DNA of 64,000 nucleotides from Obrimoposthia wandeli (GCA_977020255.1 CDROCS010000122.1:248001-312000); one strand, 5' to 3'. Positions 11,076 through 23,122 are shown, counted from the stretch's first letter. Notes: generated by a model not told the origin, from the letters alone. Program-made: numbers and translations.

Positions 11076-11894
11076 ATGAAAAAAATACTCTCTACACTCA
11101 GTATTGGCTCAGCTTTAGCGTTATCTAGTACCGTTTTCGCCGTCGATTATTCCGACGATATCCACAAAAATGACTACAAATGGCTACAGTTCAATCTTAT
11201 GTATGCCTATGAAGAACTACCTCGCTCTCCCGATGCTCATTCTGGGCATGATTACTTGGAAATGGAGTTTGGCGGGCGTTCTGGGATCTTTGATTTGTAT
11301 GGCTATATTGATATTTTTGATTTAACTGAAAGCAGTGCCAGTGATAAAGACGGCAAACCTAAAATGTTCATGAAATTTGCCCCACGAGTATCACTCGATG
11401 CCGTTACCGGAAAAGATCTTTCCTTTGGCCCCGTACAAGAGCTCTACTTTGCGACATTGTTTAATTGGGGAGGCGGAACAGAAGCTGATTTTGAACCCAA
11501 TAATTCCTTCTGGGGTATTGGTTCCGATATCAATGTGCCATGGTTTGGCAAGGTTGGGCTTAATTTCTACGGCTATTATAATATTACCGCCAAAGACTGG
11601 AATGGTTATCAGATTTCCACCAATTGGTTCAAACCTTTTTATACCTTGGATAATGGTAGCTTTGTCGCTTATCAAGGCTATATTGATTATCAGTTTGGTG
11701 GCGGAAGTACCTTCCAAGGTAATTCACAAGCCAGCCATGGTGGTGTGATGTTTAATGGGCTTTACTGGCATTCCGACCGCTATTCAGTCGGCTATGGCTT
11801 CAAATTATATAATGATGTGTATTTAATAGAAGATACTGATGCATTTGAATCTACAGGCATAAGCCACTACGTTGCAGTTACCTATAAATTCTAA
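11076..11894 (+). CDS. OmpK/Tsx family outer membrane channel, copy 2
   Basis: Same conserved blocks as copy 1 (DIHKNDYKW, HDYLEMEFGGRSG, YQISTNWFKPF, TYKF). Confidence 0.88.
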   Translation: MKKILSTLSIGSALALSSTVFAVDYSDDIHKNDYKWLQFNLMYAYEELPRSPDAHSGHDYLEMEFGGRSGIFDLYGYIDIFDLTESSASDKDGKPKMFMKFAPRVSLDAVTGKDLSFGPVQELYFATLFNWGGGTEADFEPNNSFWGIGSDINVPWFGKVGLNFYGYYNITAKDWNGYQISTNWFKPFYTLDNGSFVAYQGYIDYQFGGGSTFQGNSQASHGGVMFNGLYWHSDRYSVGYGFKLYNDVYLIEDTDAFESTGISHYVAVTYKF

Positions 11895-12061
11895 GTTATC
11901 CCCACTTCCTAGCTGCTCTTTTTACATAGGTTCTTCATGATAATTGTCATGAAGAATCACTTTAAAAAGAAACATTATCAATAAAAACCATCAAGCCATA
12001 CCGTTATAATTTCGGCTCATGATATGATTTTGGTAATAGACAAAATCGGGATGAGTATGAC

Positions 12062-12991
12062 GTGCAGATTACAATTTTAGGCGCTGGAGCCATCGGGTGT
12101 TTATGGGCTTGCCGCTTAGCGCAGCAAGGTCATCACATTCATTTTTGGACAAGAACAGACAAGCCATCATTCCCTATTATATTGAATACCGGTGTTCAAG
12201 AAAAAGAACAGATTCAAACGCCATTAACACCAGAGTATTTTGATTTTACGAGTAACAATGTACAAAGTATTGCCAAGAGCGAGCTTATTATTGTAACAGT
12301 GAAAGCATTCCAAGTTGAGCAAGCCTTAAACGACATATTTGATCATATTGCACCGCACACACCCATTATGATTATGCATAATGGAATGGGAACACAGCAG
12401 CAAGTTAGCACGCTACTCGTTGATCACCCTATTCTTTACGCCACCACGTCTCAAGCCGCTTTCAAACCCGACACAGAACACATAAACCATACTGGATTAG
12501 GACCAACATGGCTCGGTGCTATGAATGAATCAGCAAAGGATTTCGCAAATCTTGCAGAGCTCTTTCACCAAGCGTTAGCGCCTTGTGGCTGGCATCGTGA
12601 TATTAATGAACCTTTATGGCAAAAGTTAGCCATTAACTGTGCGATTAATCCACTCTCAGCGATGCATCAATGTCAAAATGGTGAATTGGCAAACCCTACA
12701 TTTAATGCCGTTCTCACGCAAATTTGCCATGAAGTCGCAGAAGTAATGCAAGCTGAAGGCTATGCTGTCACCGCTAAAAAATTAAGACAAACAGTCGATA
12801 CCGTTATCAAAGCGACTGCGGCTAACTATTCATCGATGTATCAAGATATTTTCCAGCAAAGAAAGACTGAAATCGATTATATTACGGGTTATCTCATTAC
12901 ACGGGCAAAGGTACACGGCATTGCTGTACCAATGAATACCCAGCTATGGCAAGACGTTAAATTATTGGAGCAAAACCACGATGACAAATGA
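12062..12991 (+). CDS. panE: 2-dehydropantoate 2-reductase
   Basis: [46 protein letters not shown]. Confidence 0.95.
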   Translation: MQITILGAGAIGCLWACRLAQQGHHIHFWTRTDKPSFPIILNTGVQEKEQIQTPLTPEYFDFTSNNVQSIAKSELIIVTVKAFQVEQALNDIFDHIAPHTPIMIMHNGMGTQQQVSTLLVDHPILYATTSQAAFKPDTEHINHTGLGPTWLGAMNESAKDFANLAELFHQALAPCGWHRDINEPLWQKLAINCAINPLSAMHQCQNGELANPTFNAVLTQICHEVAEVMQAEGYAVTAKKLRQTVDTVIKATAANYSSMYQDIFQQRKTEIDYITGYLITRAKVHGIAVPMNTQLWQDVKLLEQNHDDK

Positions 12992-13607
12992 TGTTCACAA
13001 CCGCACAATGACTGTTGCTGTTTGTATCGCCCCTGGCACTGAAGAAATGGAAGCGATCAATACGATTGATATTCTATTACGTGCAGGGTTTGATGTAACA
13101 ACAGCCAGTGTTGCCTCAGACGGTGCATTAATCGTTGCGGGCTCTCGTGGCATTAAATTAGTTGCCGATGCGGCTTTAGTCACGGTTGCTGATGAACAAT
13201 TTGATTGTGTGGTGTTACCTGGTGGTGTAGGTGGCGCTGAATGCTTCCGTGACAGCCCGTTACTTGTTGAGTTCGTAGAGCAGCATAAATATGACGGTAA
13301 ACTGATTGCAGCTATCTGTGCGGCTCCTGCCCTTGTTCTAGAGCATCACAACATGTTTCCATCGGCAATAATGACAGCACACCCAGCCTTCCAAGACTAT
13401 ATTCCCGAAGAGCGCCGTCGTGCTAAACGTGTTGTTTACGATGTAAATAGTAATTTGCTAACCAGCCAAGGGCCAGGCACTTCACAAGAATTTGCGTTAG
13501 AAATTATTGTCCGTTTAGCGGGTAAAGAAAAAGCGGCTGAAGTCGCGGGCCCGATGGTTGTATGGCCAAATATGCATTACGATGTTTTACCAAAGCATAA
13601 TGCTTAA
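12981..13607 (+). CDS. yajL: DJ-1/YajL family protein
   Basis: GTEEME, VLPGG..GAE, AAICAAP, TSQGPGT. Confidence 0.92.
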   Translation: MTNDVHNRTMTVAVCIAPGTEEMEAINTIDILLRAGFDVTTASVASDGALIVAGSRGIKLVADAALVTVADEQFDCVVLPGGVGGAECFRDSPLLVEFVEQHKYDGKLIAAICAAPALVLEHHNMFPSAIMTAHPAFQDYIPEERRRAKRVVYDVNSNLLTSQGPGTSQEFALEIIVRLAGKEKAAEVAGPMVVWPNMHYDVLPKHNA

Positions 13608-13645
13608 CGTACCGTTTGTAATAGAGCACAGCCCAAAAAGTTGAT

Positions 13646-13682
13646 AAAAAAAAGCGAGAACCAAGGTTCTCGCTTTTTTATT
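13646..13682. terminator. Bidirectional terminator between yajL and thiI
   Basis: AAAAAAAAGCGAGAACC-AA-GGTTCTCGCTTTTTT. Confidence 0.8.
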
Positions 13683-13698
13683 TCGATGATGCTTTCAA

Positions 13699-15147
13699 CT
13701 ATGGACGGTAAACTTTAATGTTACTGTAGCCATTTTCGGTCAAATACAGTGCTTGTAAGCGGCTCATTACGCCACGATCACAATACAGCAAGTATTCTTT
13801 GCTTTGATCAAGATCGCCAAACTGAGTCGCTAATTTATAGAACGGAAGGTGTTTTACTTCCACGCCATCAATAACAAGCGGGCTTGCGTCTTCTTCATCT
13901 GGGCTACGAATATCCAGAACGATTGCACCATCACCAATTTGATCAACAAGCTCTATCTCTGGTGCTTGTTCTTGGCTTTGTTTTTCGATATCACGAATAT
14001 CCATCACGCGCGCCTCTTCAATCACACGATCAAGGATAGCAAAGTCAAAATTAGCTTCTTCTTTTTCAAGTTTAGCTTTGACTGCTTTGATCGTTGGATT
14101 TTTCGAGATAACACCACAGAATTCAGGCATTGTTTTTGCGAATTCTTCAGTGCCAATGTTACGAGCAATATCAATAATATCTTCTTTGTCCCAATTAATA
14201 AGTGGGCGAAGGATCAAACTATCCGTCACATTATCAATCATACGTAGATTGGTTAGAGTTTGGCTCGACACCTGACCTAACGCTTCACCCGTAATAAGGG
14301 CTTGAATACCAAAACGCTCTGCAACCTGACCAGCAGCTCGCATAAACATACGTTTTAGCACAACACCCATTTGGCCGTTGTCCACTTTATCAAGAATTTC
14401 AGCAACAACGGGTTCGAAATCAATCGAGATAAACTTAACTTTTGCTGATGATCCGTACTTTTTCCATAAGAAGTGAGAAACTTGCTTCACACCAACCTCA
14501 TGGGCAGGGCCACCTAAATTAAAGAAACAGTAATGTACTTTACTGCCACGCTTAATGTGCAAGTAGCTTGAAACACCGGAATCAAAGCCACCTGAAATTA
14601 GGCTCAATACGTCTTCTTGCGTACCAAGAGGGAAGCCACCTAAACCTTTATGGCGGTGCAGTACTTGGTGTAGGTGATCGTAATCAACTTCAATACGGAC
14701 TGTTATATCTGGATTCTTTAACTTTACACTTGCCGATTCAACCGCTTGGTTTAGACCACCACCAACGTAACGTTCAAGTTCAATCGACGTAAAATCATGC
14801 TGACCACGGCGTTTTGCACGTACACAGAATGTTTTACCTTCTAGCTGTTCACTAACAAGTTCAAGCGTTTGCTCGAAAATATCGTGTAAATCTTTAAATT
14901 CAGTCTGCTTCACTTCCAACGTATGATGAATACCTGGAGTCTGCATCAAAATTGCCAGTATTTGTTCGCGCTCACTGTCATCGTTTGCAGTAACTTCAAT
15001 ATGATAACGACGGTTATATACCGCAACGGATTCAGACACACGCTTAACCATAATACGAATGTTGCTATCAAGAATCTTTATAAAACGTTTACGAACAGAG
15101 TCGCTTTTACAAAAGATCTCTGGATGGGGCTTAACGATAAATTTCAT
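13699..15147 (-). CDS. thiI: tRNA 4-thiouridine synthase with rhodanese domain
   Basis: THUMP region, [10 protein letters not shown]-loop, MPEFCG, C-terminal YCDRGVMS. Confidence 0.97.
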   Translation of the reverse strand: MKFIVKPHPEIFCKSDSVRKRFIKILDSNIRIMVKRVSESVAVYNRRYHIEVTANDDSEREQILAILMQTPGIHHTLEVKQTEFKDLHDIFEQTLELVSEQLEGKTFCVRAKRRGQHDFTSIELERYVGGGLNQAVESASVKLKNPDITVRIEVDYDHLHQVLHRHKGLGGFPLGTQEDVLSLISGGFDSGVSSYLHIKRGSKVHYCFFNLGGPAHEVGVKQVSHFLWKKYGSSAKVKFISIDFEPVVAEILDKVDNGQMGVVLKRMFMRAAGQVAERFGIQALITGEALGQVSSQTLTNLRMIDNVTDSLILRPLINWDKEDIIDIARNIGTEEFAKTMPEFCGVISKNPTIKAVKAKLEKEEANFDFAILDRVIEEARVMDIRDIEKQSQEQAPEIELVDQIGDGAIVLDIRSPDEEDASPLVIDGVEVKHLPFYKLATQFGDLDQSKEYLLYCDRGVMSRLQALYLTENGYSNIKVYRP

Positions 15148-15351
15148 AACATGCTTCGCTACACTGGGCCAAATTAATACCGAACGGAATCAACGGCGCG
15201 AATTATACAGCAAGCAAGCAGTTGCTGAAACCTTGCTGTTATTGAAACCTTATAACCATAGCTGTCAAATTAAGTAAACGTCATCTTTCAATCTCAAATA
15301 ATGACAGACAAATAGTTACTCTAAAGCATCATACCTTAAGACTAATAATAG

Positions 15352-16284
15352 CTATTCAGCACTATTCTGTATGTCTGAACTCGTCACTTCATCAGAGTAA
15401 TGCGGCTTACCTTGCATGATTGAAATCTCAACTCGACGATTTATTTTCCGCTCTTCCGCCGTTTTATTGCCATTTAATGGCGCAGTATCGGCTAAGCCAA
15501 CCACCCGTAATCGCTTGTGATCAAACCCTTTTACTTGCTCCATTTCCTGAGCAACAGAAACGGCTCGCTGCGCAGATAAATCCCAATTTGAACGGTATAG
15601 TTCGGAATCTAACTTTTGATTATCAGTATGACCTGAAATTCTAATGATGCCGGGAACATCTTTCACTAAGTCAGCAATCTGCCTAACTAAAGGACGGAAT
15701 TTAGGTTGTAAAAAAGCAGAGCCCGCCGGAAACGCCCCTTTTTCTTTGATTCGAATAACAATTTGTTGGCCGAAATTTTCAACTTCAATCGCACCATCTT
15801 GAATTTCACGATCAAGCGCTTTTTGCATGACTTCCAATAACTTCTCTTGCGACTCAGACATCTCGGATTGATTATTTTGATTCATTTGAGTCGCCACATC
15901 AGCCGATTGCCCACCCGTTAACTTACCTGCATCACGCTTGGTGCCTCCGGCACGGTCTGATTCACCATCGTGGAAATCAAGTGTACGCTGAGTCATATCA
16001 ATGGTTTGTTGCATGATAACTTCAATTGGTGTTGGTTCTGGTCGCCCAGGGCGAAATTCTTGCGCGATAACACTGGTGCCTTTAGGAATATCTTTCACTT
16101 CCAGCATATTTTGAACACCAAAAGCAAATTTCATCGAACCTGCAATTTGTTTAAATTTCAGTACATCCATCTCTGAAAATGACAATAAGAGTACGAAAAA
16201 ACACATTAACAAGGTCGCTAGATCCGCAAAGGTCGCCATCCATAACGGCGCGCCAGGGGGGCACTTGCAATCATCTTCTTCCAT
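15352..16284 (-). CDS. pomB: Na+-driven flagellar stator protein PomB (MotB family)
   Basis: WMATFADL..LLMCFFVLL TM with conserved Asp; OmpA-like ISGHTDN..NWDLS..RA..NRRVEI. Confidence 0.95.
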   Translation of the reverse strand: MEEDDCKCPPGAPLWMATFADLATLLMCFFVLLLSFSEMDVLKFKQIAGSMKFAFGVQNMLEVKDIPKGTSVIAQEFRPGRPEPTPIEVIMQQTIDMTQRTLDFHDGESDRAGGTKRDAGKLTGGQSADVATQMNQNNQSEMSESQEKLLEVMQKALDREIQDGAIEVENFGQQIVIRIKEKGAFPAGSAFLQPKFRPLVRQIADLVKDVPGIIRISGHTDNQKLDSELYRSNWDLSAQRAVSVAQEMEQVKGFDHKRLRVVGLADTAPLNGNKTAEERKINRRVEISIMQGKPHYSDEVTSSDIQNSAE

Positions 16285-16292
16285 TGTGACCT

Positions 16293-17054
16293 CTAACCAT
16301 CTACGTCTACGCCACGTTTTTTCTCGTTAAGGTAATTTTTCAAGTACCCATCGATCACTCGCGGATTCTGACCATCTTGAATAGCAAGAACACCATCAAG
16401 AATTAATCGACGATTCAGTTTCTCTTCGTTCTTACGCAGTGATAATTTATCCGCAATCGGTATTGCCACCATATTCGCGACAATAGAACCATATAACGTG
16501 GTTAACAAGGCAACAGCCATTGCAGGACCAATTGATTTAGGGTCATCCATGTTGGATAACATTGCCACTAAACCAATCAACGTACCAATCATGCCCATTG
16601 CAGGTGCAACATCACCAAAGGAGTTAAAAATACCCACCCCTTTTTCATGTCGTTCATTGGTTAAACCAATATCTTTTTGTAATGTTGCACGAACAACATC
16701 TGCATCATGACCATCAACAAGCAGATCGATGCCTTTGCGTAAGAAAGTGTTATCAACGTCCATTTCTTCTAACGCTAAAAAACCCCCTTTTCGCGCGGCG
16801 TCAGCCATTTCAACAATTTTAGCGATTAAGTCTTCTGGATTGTCCGTTTTGAACATGAATGCTTTCACTGCAATTTTAGCGGCACCGAAAAATTGACTAA
16901 TGCTGTATTTAATCAAAACAACAAATGTCGTCCCTCCCAGTACAATCAATACCGAGGGAACATCAAAAAACATCCCTAAACTGCCACCTAGTAACATTGC
17001 CATTGCTACAAATGCGAATGAACCTACTAGGCCTATAAGCGTTGCCAAATCCAC
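16293..17054 (-). CDS. pomA: Na+-driven flagellar stator protein PomA
   Basis: MDLATLIG, ARKGGFLALE, APAMGMIGTLIGLV, GPAMAVALLTTLYG. Confidence 0.95.
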   Translation of the reverse strand: MDLATLIGLVGSFAFVAMAMLLGGSLGMFFDVPSVLIVLGGTTFVVLIKYSISQFFGAAKIAVKAFMFKTDNPEDLIAKIVEMADAARKGGFLALEEMDVDNTFLRKGIDLLVDGHDADVVRATLQKDIGLTNERHEKGVGIFNSFGDVAPAMGMIGTLIGLVAMLSNMDDPKSIGPAMAVALLTTLYGSIVANMVAIPIADKLSLRKNEEKLNRRLILDGVLAIQDGQNPRVIDGYLKNYLNEKKRGVDVDG

Positions 17055-17126
17055 GAAAAGCTCCCCTTTTTGTGACGCATCGTATTTATTATTAAATCAA
17101 CAGCGGTATTCTACAGAAGTGTACCT

Positions 17127-17153
17127 ATATCGGCACCTTTCGTTTTTCATTTA
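17127..17153 (-). promoter_or_regulatory. Sigma-28 (FliA) promoter of pomAB
   Basis: Minus strand reads TAAA-N15-GCCGATAT, matching the FliA consensus, about 70 nt upstream of the pomA ATG. Confidence 0.85.
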
Positions 17154-17270
17154 GCTTTCTTCGTTCAAAAGACGAAAATTACTGCCTCAAGCACAAAATC
17201 ATGTGACATAATTTGACCCAGATTACTCTCTGCGTTACTTTTCCAGCACTTAGAAAATAGTGAATAATAT

Positions 17271-17513
17271 ATGGCAGCTAAAAAACCAGAAAACATGGCA
17301 TTTGAAGCAGCATTAGATGAACTCGATTCCATTGTAAACGAGCTAGAGTCTGGTGATATTGCACTCGAAGATGCACTAAAGAAGTTTGAACGTGGCATTA
17401 TGCTTGCTCGTACTAGTCAGAAAAAATTAACACAAGCAGAACAGCGTGTAGAAATATTACTTCAAGCTGATGATGAAGCACCTCTGACTGAATTTAATGA
17501 GAACAATGAATAA
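17271..17513 (+). CDS. xseB: Exodeoxyribonuclease VII small subunit
   Basis: FEAALDELDSIVNELESGDIALEDALKKFERG. Confidence 0.96.
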   Translation: MAAKKPENMAFEAALDELDSIVNELESGDIALEDALKKFERGIMLARTSQKKLTQAEQRVEILLQADDEAPLTEFNENNE

Positions 17514-18408
17514 CAATTTAACTTTATCACAGTCACTGAAGCATTATCAGGATCGTAGTAATCAGCATTTAGCTCAATGGCTTGAAGCACAACCTTTTGC
17601 CGATCAAGCGCTAGTAAAAACCATGAAATATGGCACATTACTCGGAGGCAAACGCGCCCGTCCGTTTTTAACCTATATTACGGGGCAAATGCTAGGGGCT
17701 GATTGTGCCGACCTTGATACTCCGGCTGCAGCGGTAGAATGTATTCATGCTTATTCATTAATTCATGATGATCTGCCCGCTATGGATGACGATGAGCTAC
17801 GTCGTGGTCACCCAACGTGCCACATTGCATTTGATGAAGCTTTAGCTATTCTTGCTGGAGATGCTTTACAAACACTTGCTTTCGAAATTTTGGCTGATGG
17901 TCAATTAAGTGACGACGGTAATACGCAACGTATCGCAATGATCAAAGAGCTTGCTCAAGCCTCTGGTGCTGCGGGAATGTGTGTAGGTCAAGCTCTTGAT
18001 TTAGAAGCCGAAGGTAAACACGTTGATTTACAGCAGCTTGAAACTATTCATAAGCACAAAACGGGGGCACTTATTCGATGTGCCGTACGTTTAGGTGCAC
18101 TCGCTGCAGGTCAAAAAGGCGTAGTGGTATTGCCACAGTTAAACCAATTCGCCGACGCGATTGGTCTCGCATTCCAAGTTCAAGACGATATTCTTGATGT
18201 CATAAGTGATACTGAAACATTGGGTAAACCACAAGGTTCAGATCTCGCGCTTGATAAAAGTACCTACCCAGCTTTGCTAGGATTGGAAGGTGCGCAACAA
18301 AAAACACAACAACTTTATCAAGAAGCGCTACAAGCATTGGATGCAATACCCTACAATACAACCCAATTAGAAGTTTTTGCCCGATATATAATCGAACGCA
18401 ATAACTAA
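17506..18408 (+). CDS. ispA: Farnesyl diphosphate synthase
   Basis: [40 protein letters not shown]; start may be 17497 or 17506. Confidence 0.96.
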   Translation: MNNNLTLSQSLKHYQDRSNQHLAQWLEAQPFADQALVKTMKYGTLLGGKRARPFLTYITGQMLGADCADLDTPAAAVECIHAYSLIHDDLPAMDDDELRRGHPTCHIAFDEALAILAGDALQTLAFEILADGQLSDDGNTQRIAMIKELAQASGAAGMCVGQALDLEAEGKHVDLQQLETIHKHKTGALIRCAVRLGALAAGQKGVVVLPQLNQFADAIGLAFQVQDDILDVISDTETLGKPQGSDLALDKSTYPALLGLEGAQQKTQQLYQEALQALDAIPYNTTQLEVFARYIIERNN

Positions 18409-18431
18409 AATCAGTAAAAGCGCCGAATGTT

Positions 18432-20294
18432 ATGACTCTGGATATATCAAAATACCCTCATCTTGCTTTAGCCAATACGCCAGATGAATTACGCTTACTG
18501 CCGGTTGAAAGTTTACCGGAGGTATGTGATGAACTACGTACCTACTTGCTTAACTCAGTCAGCCAGTCAAGCGGGCATTTTGCCTCAGGTCTTGGTGCTG
18601 TTGAACTGACTGTTGCCCTACATCATGTATATAACACGCCTTTTGATCATTTGATCTGGGATGTAGGTCATCAAGCTTACCCACATAAGATTCTGACTGG
18701 TCGTCGTGACCAGATGTCAACGATCCGCAAAAAAAATGGTATCCACCCATTCCCTTGGCGTGGTGAAAGTGAATACGATGTACTCTCTGTCGGTCACTCT
18801 TCAACCTCGATCAGTGCCGGCCTTGGCATGGCGATAGCCGCTAATAAAGAAGGCTTAGGCCGTAAAGTGGTTAGCGTAATAGGTGATGGTGCGATTACCG
18901 CAGGTATGGCATTTGAAGCCATGAACCATGCGGGTGATGTACATTCAGACATGTTAGTGATTCTAAATGACAATGAAATGTCAATTTCAGAAAATGTCGG
19001 CGCACTGAATAATCACTTAGCTCGCTTACTCTCAGGCAGCCTTTACACCACCATTCGTGAAGGCGGCAAGAAAGTATTAGCTGGCGCACCGCCGATCAAA
19101 GAGTTGGTTAAACGCGCAGAAGAACATATCAAAGGCATGGTTGTTCCTGGCACCATGTTTGAAGAGCTGGGCTTTAACTACATTGGCCCCGTTGATGGTC
19201 ATAATGTGGTTGAATTAGTCAATACCTTGAAGAACATGCGTAACCTTAAAGGACCGCAGTTCCTTCATATTATGACGAAAAAAGGTAAAGGTTACGCACC
19301 AGCTGAAGCGGATCCCATTAATTACCATGCAGTCCCTAAATTCGATCTAAGCCAAAACCCGTTACCAAAAGCGACAAATACTAAACCGACTTTCTCGAAG
19401 ATTTTCGGCGATTGGCTATGTGATATGGCCGCTGAAGATGAAAAGCTAATGGCTATCACGCCAGCGATGCGTGAAGGCTCAGGCATGGTACGCTTCTCGA
19501 AAGAATATCCAAGCCAGTATTTTGATGTCGCAATTGCAGAGCAACACGCTGTGACTCTCGCAAGTGGTATGGCGATTGGTGGATATAACCCCGTTGTTGC
19601 TATCTATTCGACATTTTTACAACGTGGCTATGATCAATTCATTCACGATGTTGCCATTATGGAACTTCCGGTGATGTTTGCTATTGATCGTGGTGGTCTA
19701 GTTGGTGCTGATGGTCAAACTCACCAAGGTGCTTTTGATCTTAGCTTTATGCGTTGTATTCCTAATATCGTGATTATGGCACCAAGCGACGAAAATGAAT
19801 GTCGCCAAATGCTGTACACCGGTCATAAGCATCAAGGCCCAAGTGCGGTACGTTACCCTCGCGGTAATGGATTAGGCGCGGATATACAGCAAGAGATGAC
19901 CGCACTTGAAATCGGTAAAGGGGTTATTCGCCGCCAAGGTGAGAAGATTGCTATTCTGAGTTTCGGCACAATGCTGGAATATACGCTAGAAGCAGCTGAA
20001 AAATTGAATGCCACTGTGGCTGACATGCGTTTTGTAAAACCGCTTGATGAAGCTCTCATTTTAGAATTAGCCGCTAATCATGATGTATTGGTAACGGTTG
20101 AAGAAAATGCGATTGCCGGTGGTGCCGGCAGTGGTGTTATCGAGTTCATGATGAAGTCAAAATGCTTAAAGCCAGTGCTTAACATTGGCCTTCCCGACCG
20201 TTTTGTTGAGCAAGGTACACAGCAAGAACTGCATACTGCATTAGAAATTGATGCCGCTGGTATTGAAAAGCAAATTCGTGATTATATTGCTTAA
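18432..20294 (+). CDS. dxs: 1-deoxy-D-xylulose-5-phosphate synthase
   Basis: [46 protein letters not shown]. Confidence 0.98.
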   Translation: MTLDISKYPHLALANTPDELRLLPVESLPEVCDELRTYLLNSVSQSSGHFASGLGAVELTVALHHVYNTPFDHLIWDVGHQAYPHKILTGRRDQMSTIRKKNGIHPFPWRGESEYDVLSVGHSSTSISAGLGMAIAANKEGLGRKVVSVIGDGAITAGMAFEAMNHAGDVHSDMLVILNDNEMSISENVGALNNHLARLLSGSLYTTIREGGKKVLAGAPPIKELVKRAEEHIKGMVVPGTMFEELGFNYIGPVDGHNVVELVNTLKNMRNLKGPQFLHIMTKKGKGYAPAEADPINYHAVPKFDLSQNPLPKATNTKPTFSKIFGDWLCDMAAEDEKLMAITPAMREGSGMVRFSKEYPSQYFDVAIAEQHAVTLASGMAIGGYNPVVAIYSTFLQRGYDQFIHDVAIMELPVMFAIDRGGLVGADGQTHQGAFDLSFMRCIPNIVIMAPSDENECRQMLYTGHKHQGPSAVRYPRGNGLGADIQQEMTALEIGKGVIRRQGEKIAILSFGTMLEYTLEAAEKLNATVADMRFVKPLDEALILELAANHDVLVTVEENAIAGGAGSGVIEFMMKSKCLKPVLNIGLPDRFVEQGTQQELHTALEIDAAGIEKQIRDYIA

Positions 20295-20311
20295 CTTAAG
20301 CTTTTATCGCT

Positions 20312-20370
20312 AAAGGTAAGTTACCCTTTTACTTACCTTTCCTAGTTTCTAGCCTTTACTAGAAACTAGG
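20312..20370. terminator. Two back-to-back hairpins between convergent dxs and the 691-aa gene
   Basis: AAAGGTAAGT..ACTTACCTTT, then a perfect 12-bp inverted repeat CCTAGTTTCTAG..CTAGAAACTAGG. Confidence 0.6.
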
Positions 20371-20400
20371 ATGCTTCTCTGCCCACTCGATTCGACCTCC

Positions 20401-22476
20401 CTATTTTACTCTTTTAAGCACAGCCCCTTCATAGCCACTTAATTCAATATAATGCATTGGTGCACTTAACGAGCCGTCGCTATTCACCCGTTGATATGCT
20501 CCAGGCAGCGAAACGCGTAACGGTTTTGAACTAAAATAACGCGCTTGATTACGTTCTTTTGTGGCTCGGTAAACCACTAAACCATCGCTATATTGCCTTG
20601 CCATAACACCTTCATCAGGGAATTCACTGACCCAACCGGAACGGTATAACCAAAACCAGTTCGCCTTACGTAAACCGATCATTTCTTGCCCTACCAAGAT
20701 CTTTTTATCTGTCGTTTTCGCCTTGCCTTGCTTACTTTTCCAATAAACAGGCTTGTAGCCTTTCGGAATTTTACTGGGGAATCCAATCGAAACATCAAGC
20801 ATTTTAGTTGGTTGATAAGCCCAATTTTTCGGTATACCTTGCCGATACCAATTCGACGATCCACGATTAACATTATCAAACTGGGTATTACTGCTCCCAT
20901 AAATAAACGTCTGATTCCAGCTATGGTAATACGTTACTTTAGGTAAATTAAAAAAGTAATACAGGGCTAAACCCGTCTCGATATCTTTCTGCCATGCCAT
21001 ACTTGAGGTGAAATTCTGTTCACTTCTTCCCCCTCGTGTTGTTGCCATGATTAAGCTTTTATCACCTAATTTGGCTAATGCAAAGCTATCCCACGATCGT
21101 TGCATTCGATCTAACCCCATCGCAGGGCTAAGATAATGCTCACGTAGCCATACGTCCATGATATCGCGTAAAGGCGTGGGCCAAGCTGTGTACTCCCAAA
21201 GATTAAGCTCTGATATATTTGCAGCCAGCCAGCGAGTTCCCGTTTTCATTTTTACGATTTCAAGAAAGTCAGCCATCTGCTCGGCGTAAAATTTAGCAGC
21301 CTCATCATTACCAACCTTAAAAGGAAGCTCTGCAATCTGCCCGCCAGTCATTAACGTAAATTGATTGTCGCCAAGTAACTTAGCCATATCATCGTTATAA
21401 GCACCGCTCAAACCTTGCCGTTGCCAATCATAATTATACCAATCACTATACAGATCCTTTATCTCTGGGCGGTTAAAATTGGTTCGATACCAACAGCTAT
21501 TTCTCCAAAGCCCTGAGGCAGGAATTAACCTCGCTTGATGCTTAAAACGCGCACTGGCATTGACGTTACCTCTGGTGCTGTATTCAATCTTATTAATAAA
21601 TCCATCGTGATTACGATCATTTTGATCATCCCAACCAGGAAAAGACAACGCATTATTATCAGCCTCGATCCAAGGTTTTACACTCAATGCAGACAGCGTT
21701 GTACCGGCAGGCCAATGTAATTTTAATGCCCAAACTTTCAGGCCACTACTTAAGACCTTCAACCCCGTATTCATTTCGCGATTTTGATAAAAAGGGAATG
21801 CCGCCAACCAAGCGGATGCCAACGTAAATTCACCTTGCCAAGTATTTTGTCGCTTTAACCACTGGGTGTCTGACGGGAGCCATTTCGCGATATTGCCATC
21901 ATCACCAACAACACTCCTCATGACATTCGGCACAGTACCGGCAATAACATCAAACTGATCAAACGGATAAGAAGAGATCAATATAATTTCGTCTGAGGGC
22001 TTAAGAGTTAAGGGGGGGCGCGCGGTAGAAAGGTTGCCGTCACGAATGAGCAATAAATGAAGGGGCTGCCCTTTTAGTAAATAATCCATCCCCCCATCAA
22101 CCGAAGGAACAGATAAGACGGTATCTTCCAAGTAATGAAGATACGCATTTTCAACGTCGATACCTCGTTCTGCTGTCTTTTTATTTAACCATGCGGTTTT
22201 TTCTTCAGGTCGACAATCAAACTTCTGGGTATACATATAACCCATTGCGATTGTTTGCTGGTTTAATGCAACATCATCTAAACTGCCAAATACCACATCA
22301 GCATGCTGGACCTCCCACTCTTTTACCTCTTTGGCGGAATCAAACACTGATGTGGCTAACGGCTCTTCCCACACGCCGGGTAATACCCAGCCAGTTGCCG
22401 TTGATGGATATATTTGGCTTAACGCCGAGGAAGAAATAAAAAGAAATGCAATCCAAACAAGGTGTAACCAGCCCAT
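20401..22476 (-). CDS. Secreted hypothetical protein, possibly glycoside-hydrolase-like, with an EF-hand loop
   Basis: 691 aa; signal peptide (SSSALS/Q); DRNHDGFINKIE loop; GLSGAYNDD and MARQYSDGLVVY resemble GHL15-like proteins. Confidence 0.7.
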   Translation of the reverse strand: MGWLHLVWIAFLFISSSALSQIYPSTATGWVLPGVWEEPLATSVFDSAKEVKEWEVQHADVVFGSLDDVALNQQTIAMGYMYTQKFDCRPEEKTAWLNKKTAERGIDVENAYLHYLEDTVLSVPSVDGGMDYLLKGQPLHLLLIRDGNLSTARPPLTLKPSDEIILISSYPFDQFDVIAGTVPNVMRSVVGDDGNIAKWLPSDTQWLKRQNTWQGEFTLASAWLAAFPFYQNREMNTGLKVLSSGLKVWALKLHWPAGTTLSALSVKPWIEADNNALSFPGWDDQNDRNHDGFINKIEYSTRGNVNASARFKHQARLIPASGLWRNSCWYRTNFNRPEIKDLYSDWYNYDWQRQGLSGAYNDDMAKLLGDNQFTLMTGGQIAELPFKVGNDEAAKFYAEQMADFLEIVKMKTGTRWLAANISELNLWEYTAWPTPLRDIMDVWLREHYLSPAMGLDRMQRSWDSFALAKLGDKSLIMATTRGGRSEQNFTSSMAWQKDIETGLALYYFFNLPKVTYYHSWNQTFIYGSSNTQFDNVNRGSSNWYRQGIPKNWAYQPTKMLDVSIGFPSKIPKGYKPVYWKSKQGKAKTTDKKILVGQEMIGLRKANWFWLYRSGWVSEFPDEGVMARQYSDGLVVYRATKERNQARYFSSKPLRVSLPGAYQRVNSDGSLSAPMHYIELSGYEGAVLKRVK

Positions 22477-22561
22477 ATCTCACCATGACAGTTAGTGATT
22501 TAGTTTACATAAAGGTTAGACGAACAAATCATAGCCTGTTGATTGATTTAACTTAAGGTAT

Positions 22562-22586
22562 AAAAAAACCGCGCCATGCGCGGTTT
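22562..22586 (-). terminator. Terminator after pgpA
   Basis: AAAAAAACCGCGC-CAT-GCGCGGTTT. Confidence 0.75.
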
Positions 22587-22633
22587 AATAATGGTATTCA
22601 AGTGAAACCGTAAATACTGAGTTAATATAACGA

Positions 22634-23119
22634 TTACCAGCCAAACCAGTAACCGACACCCCATAGGCAAATCATCGCCATAAAACCAGCTAGAATGTCG
22701 TCAACCATAATGCCAAAACCACCATGCACGTGCTTATCTAACCAACTGATAGGCCATGGCTTGATCATGTCGAAGAACCGGAACAACACAAATCCTGCCA
22801 GTATCCATTGCCAACTCACCACAGGCGCAATGGCCATCGTGATCCAGAAGCCAACAAATTCATCCCACACAATACTGCCGTGATCATGGACTCCCATATC
22901 ATCAGACGTTTTCTGACAAATAGTAATACCAATCACCGCAGCAACAATCGTTATTAAAATGTATGCCGCAAAGGGAAGTTGAACGATCAATAAATACAAG
23001 GGTATAGAGGCAACGGTGCCCATTGTTCCGGGAATGATCGGTGATAAGCCACTCCCGAAGCCTGTGGCTAAAAAGTGCCACGGGTTTTTTAAATTTATTT
23101 TATCTTTAGGATTACTCAC
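22634..23119 (-). CDS. pgpA: Phosphatidylglycerophosphatase A
   Basis: GFGSGLSP..PGTMGT, HDHGSIVWDEFVG, FRFFDMIKPWPI, GIMVDD. Confidence 0.97.
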   Translation of the reverse strand: MSNPKDKINLKNPWHFLATGFGSGLSPIIPGTMGTVASIPLYLLIVQLPFAAYILITIVAAVIGITICQKTSDDMGVHDHGSIVWDEFVGFWITMAIAPVVSWQWILAGFVLFRFFDMIKPWPISWLDKHVHGGFGIMVDDILAGFMAMICLWGVGYWFGW

Positions 23120-23122
23120 ACT

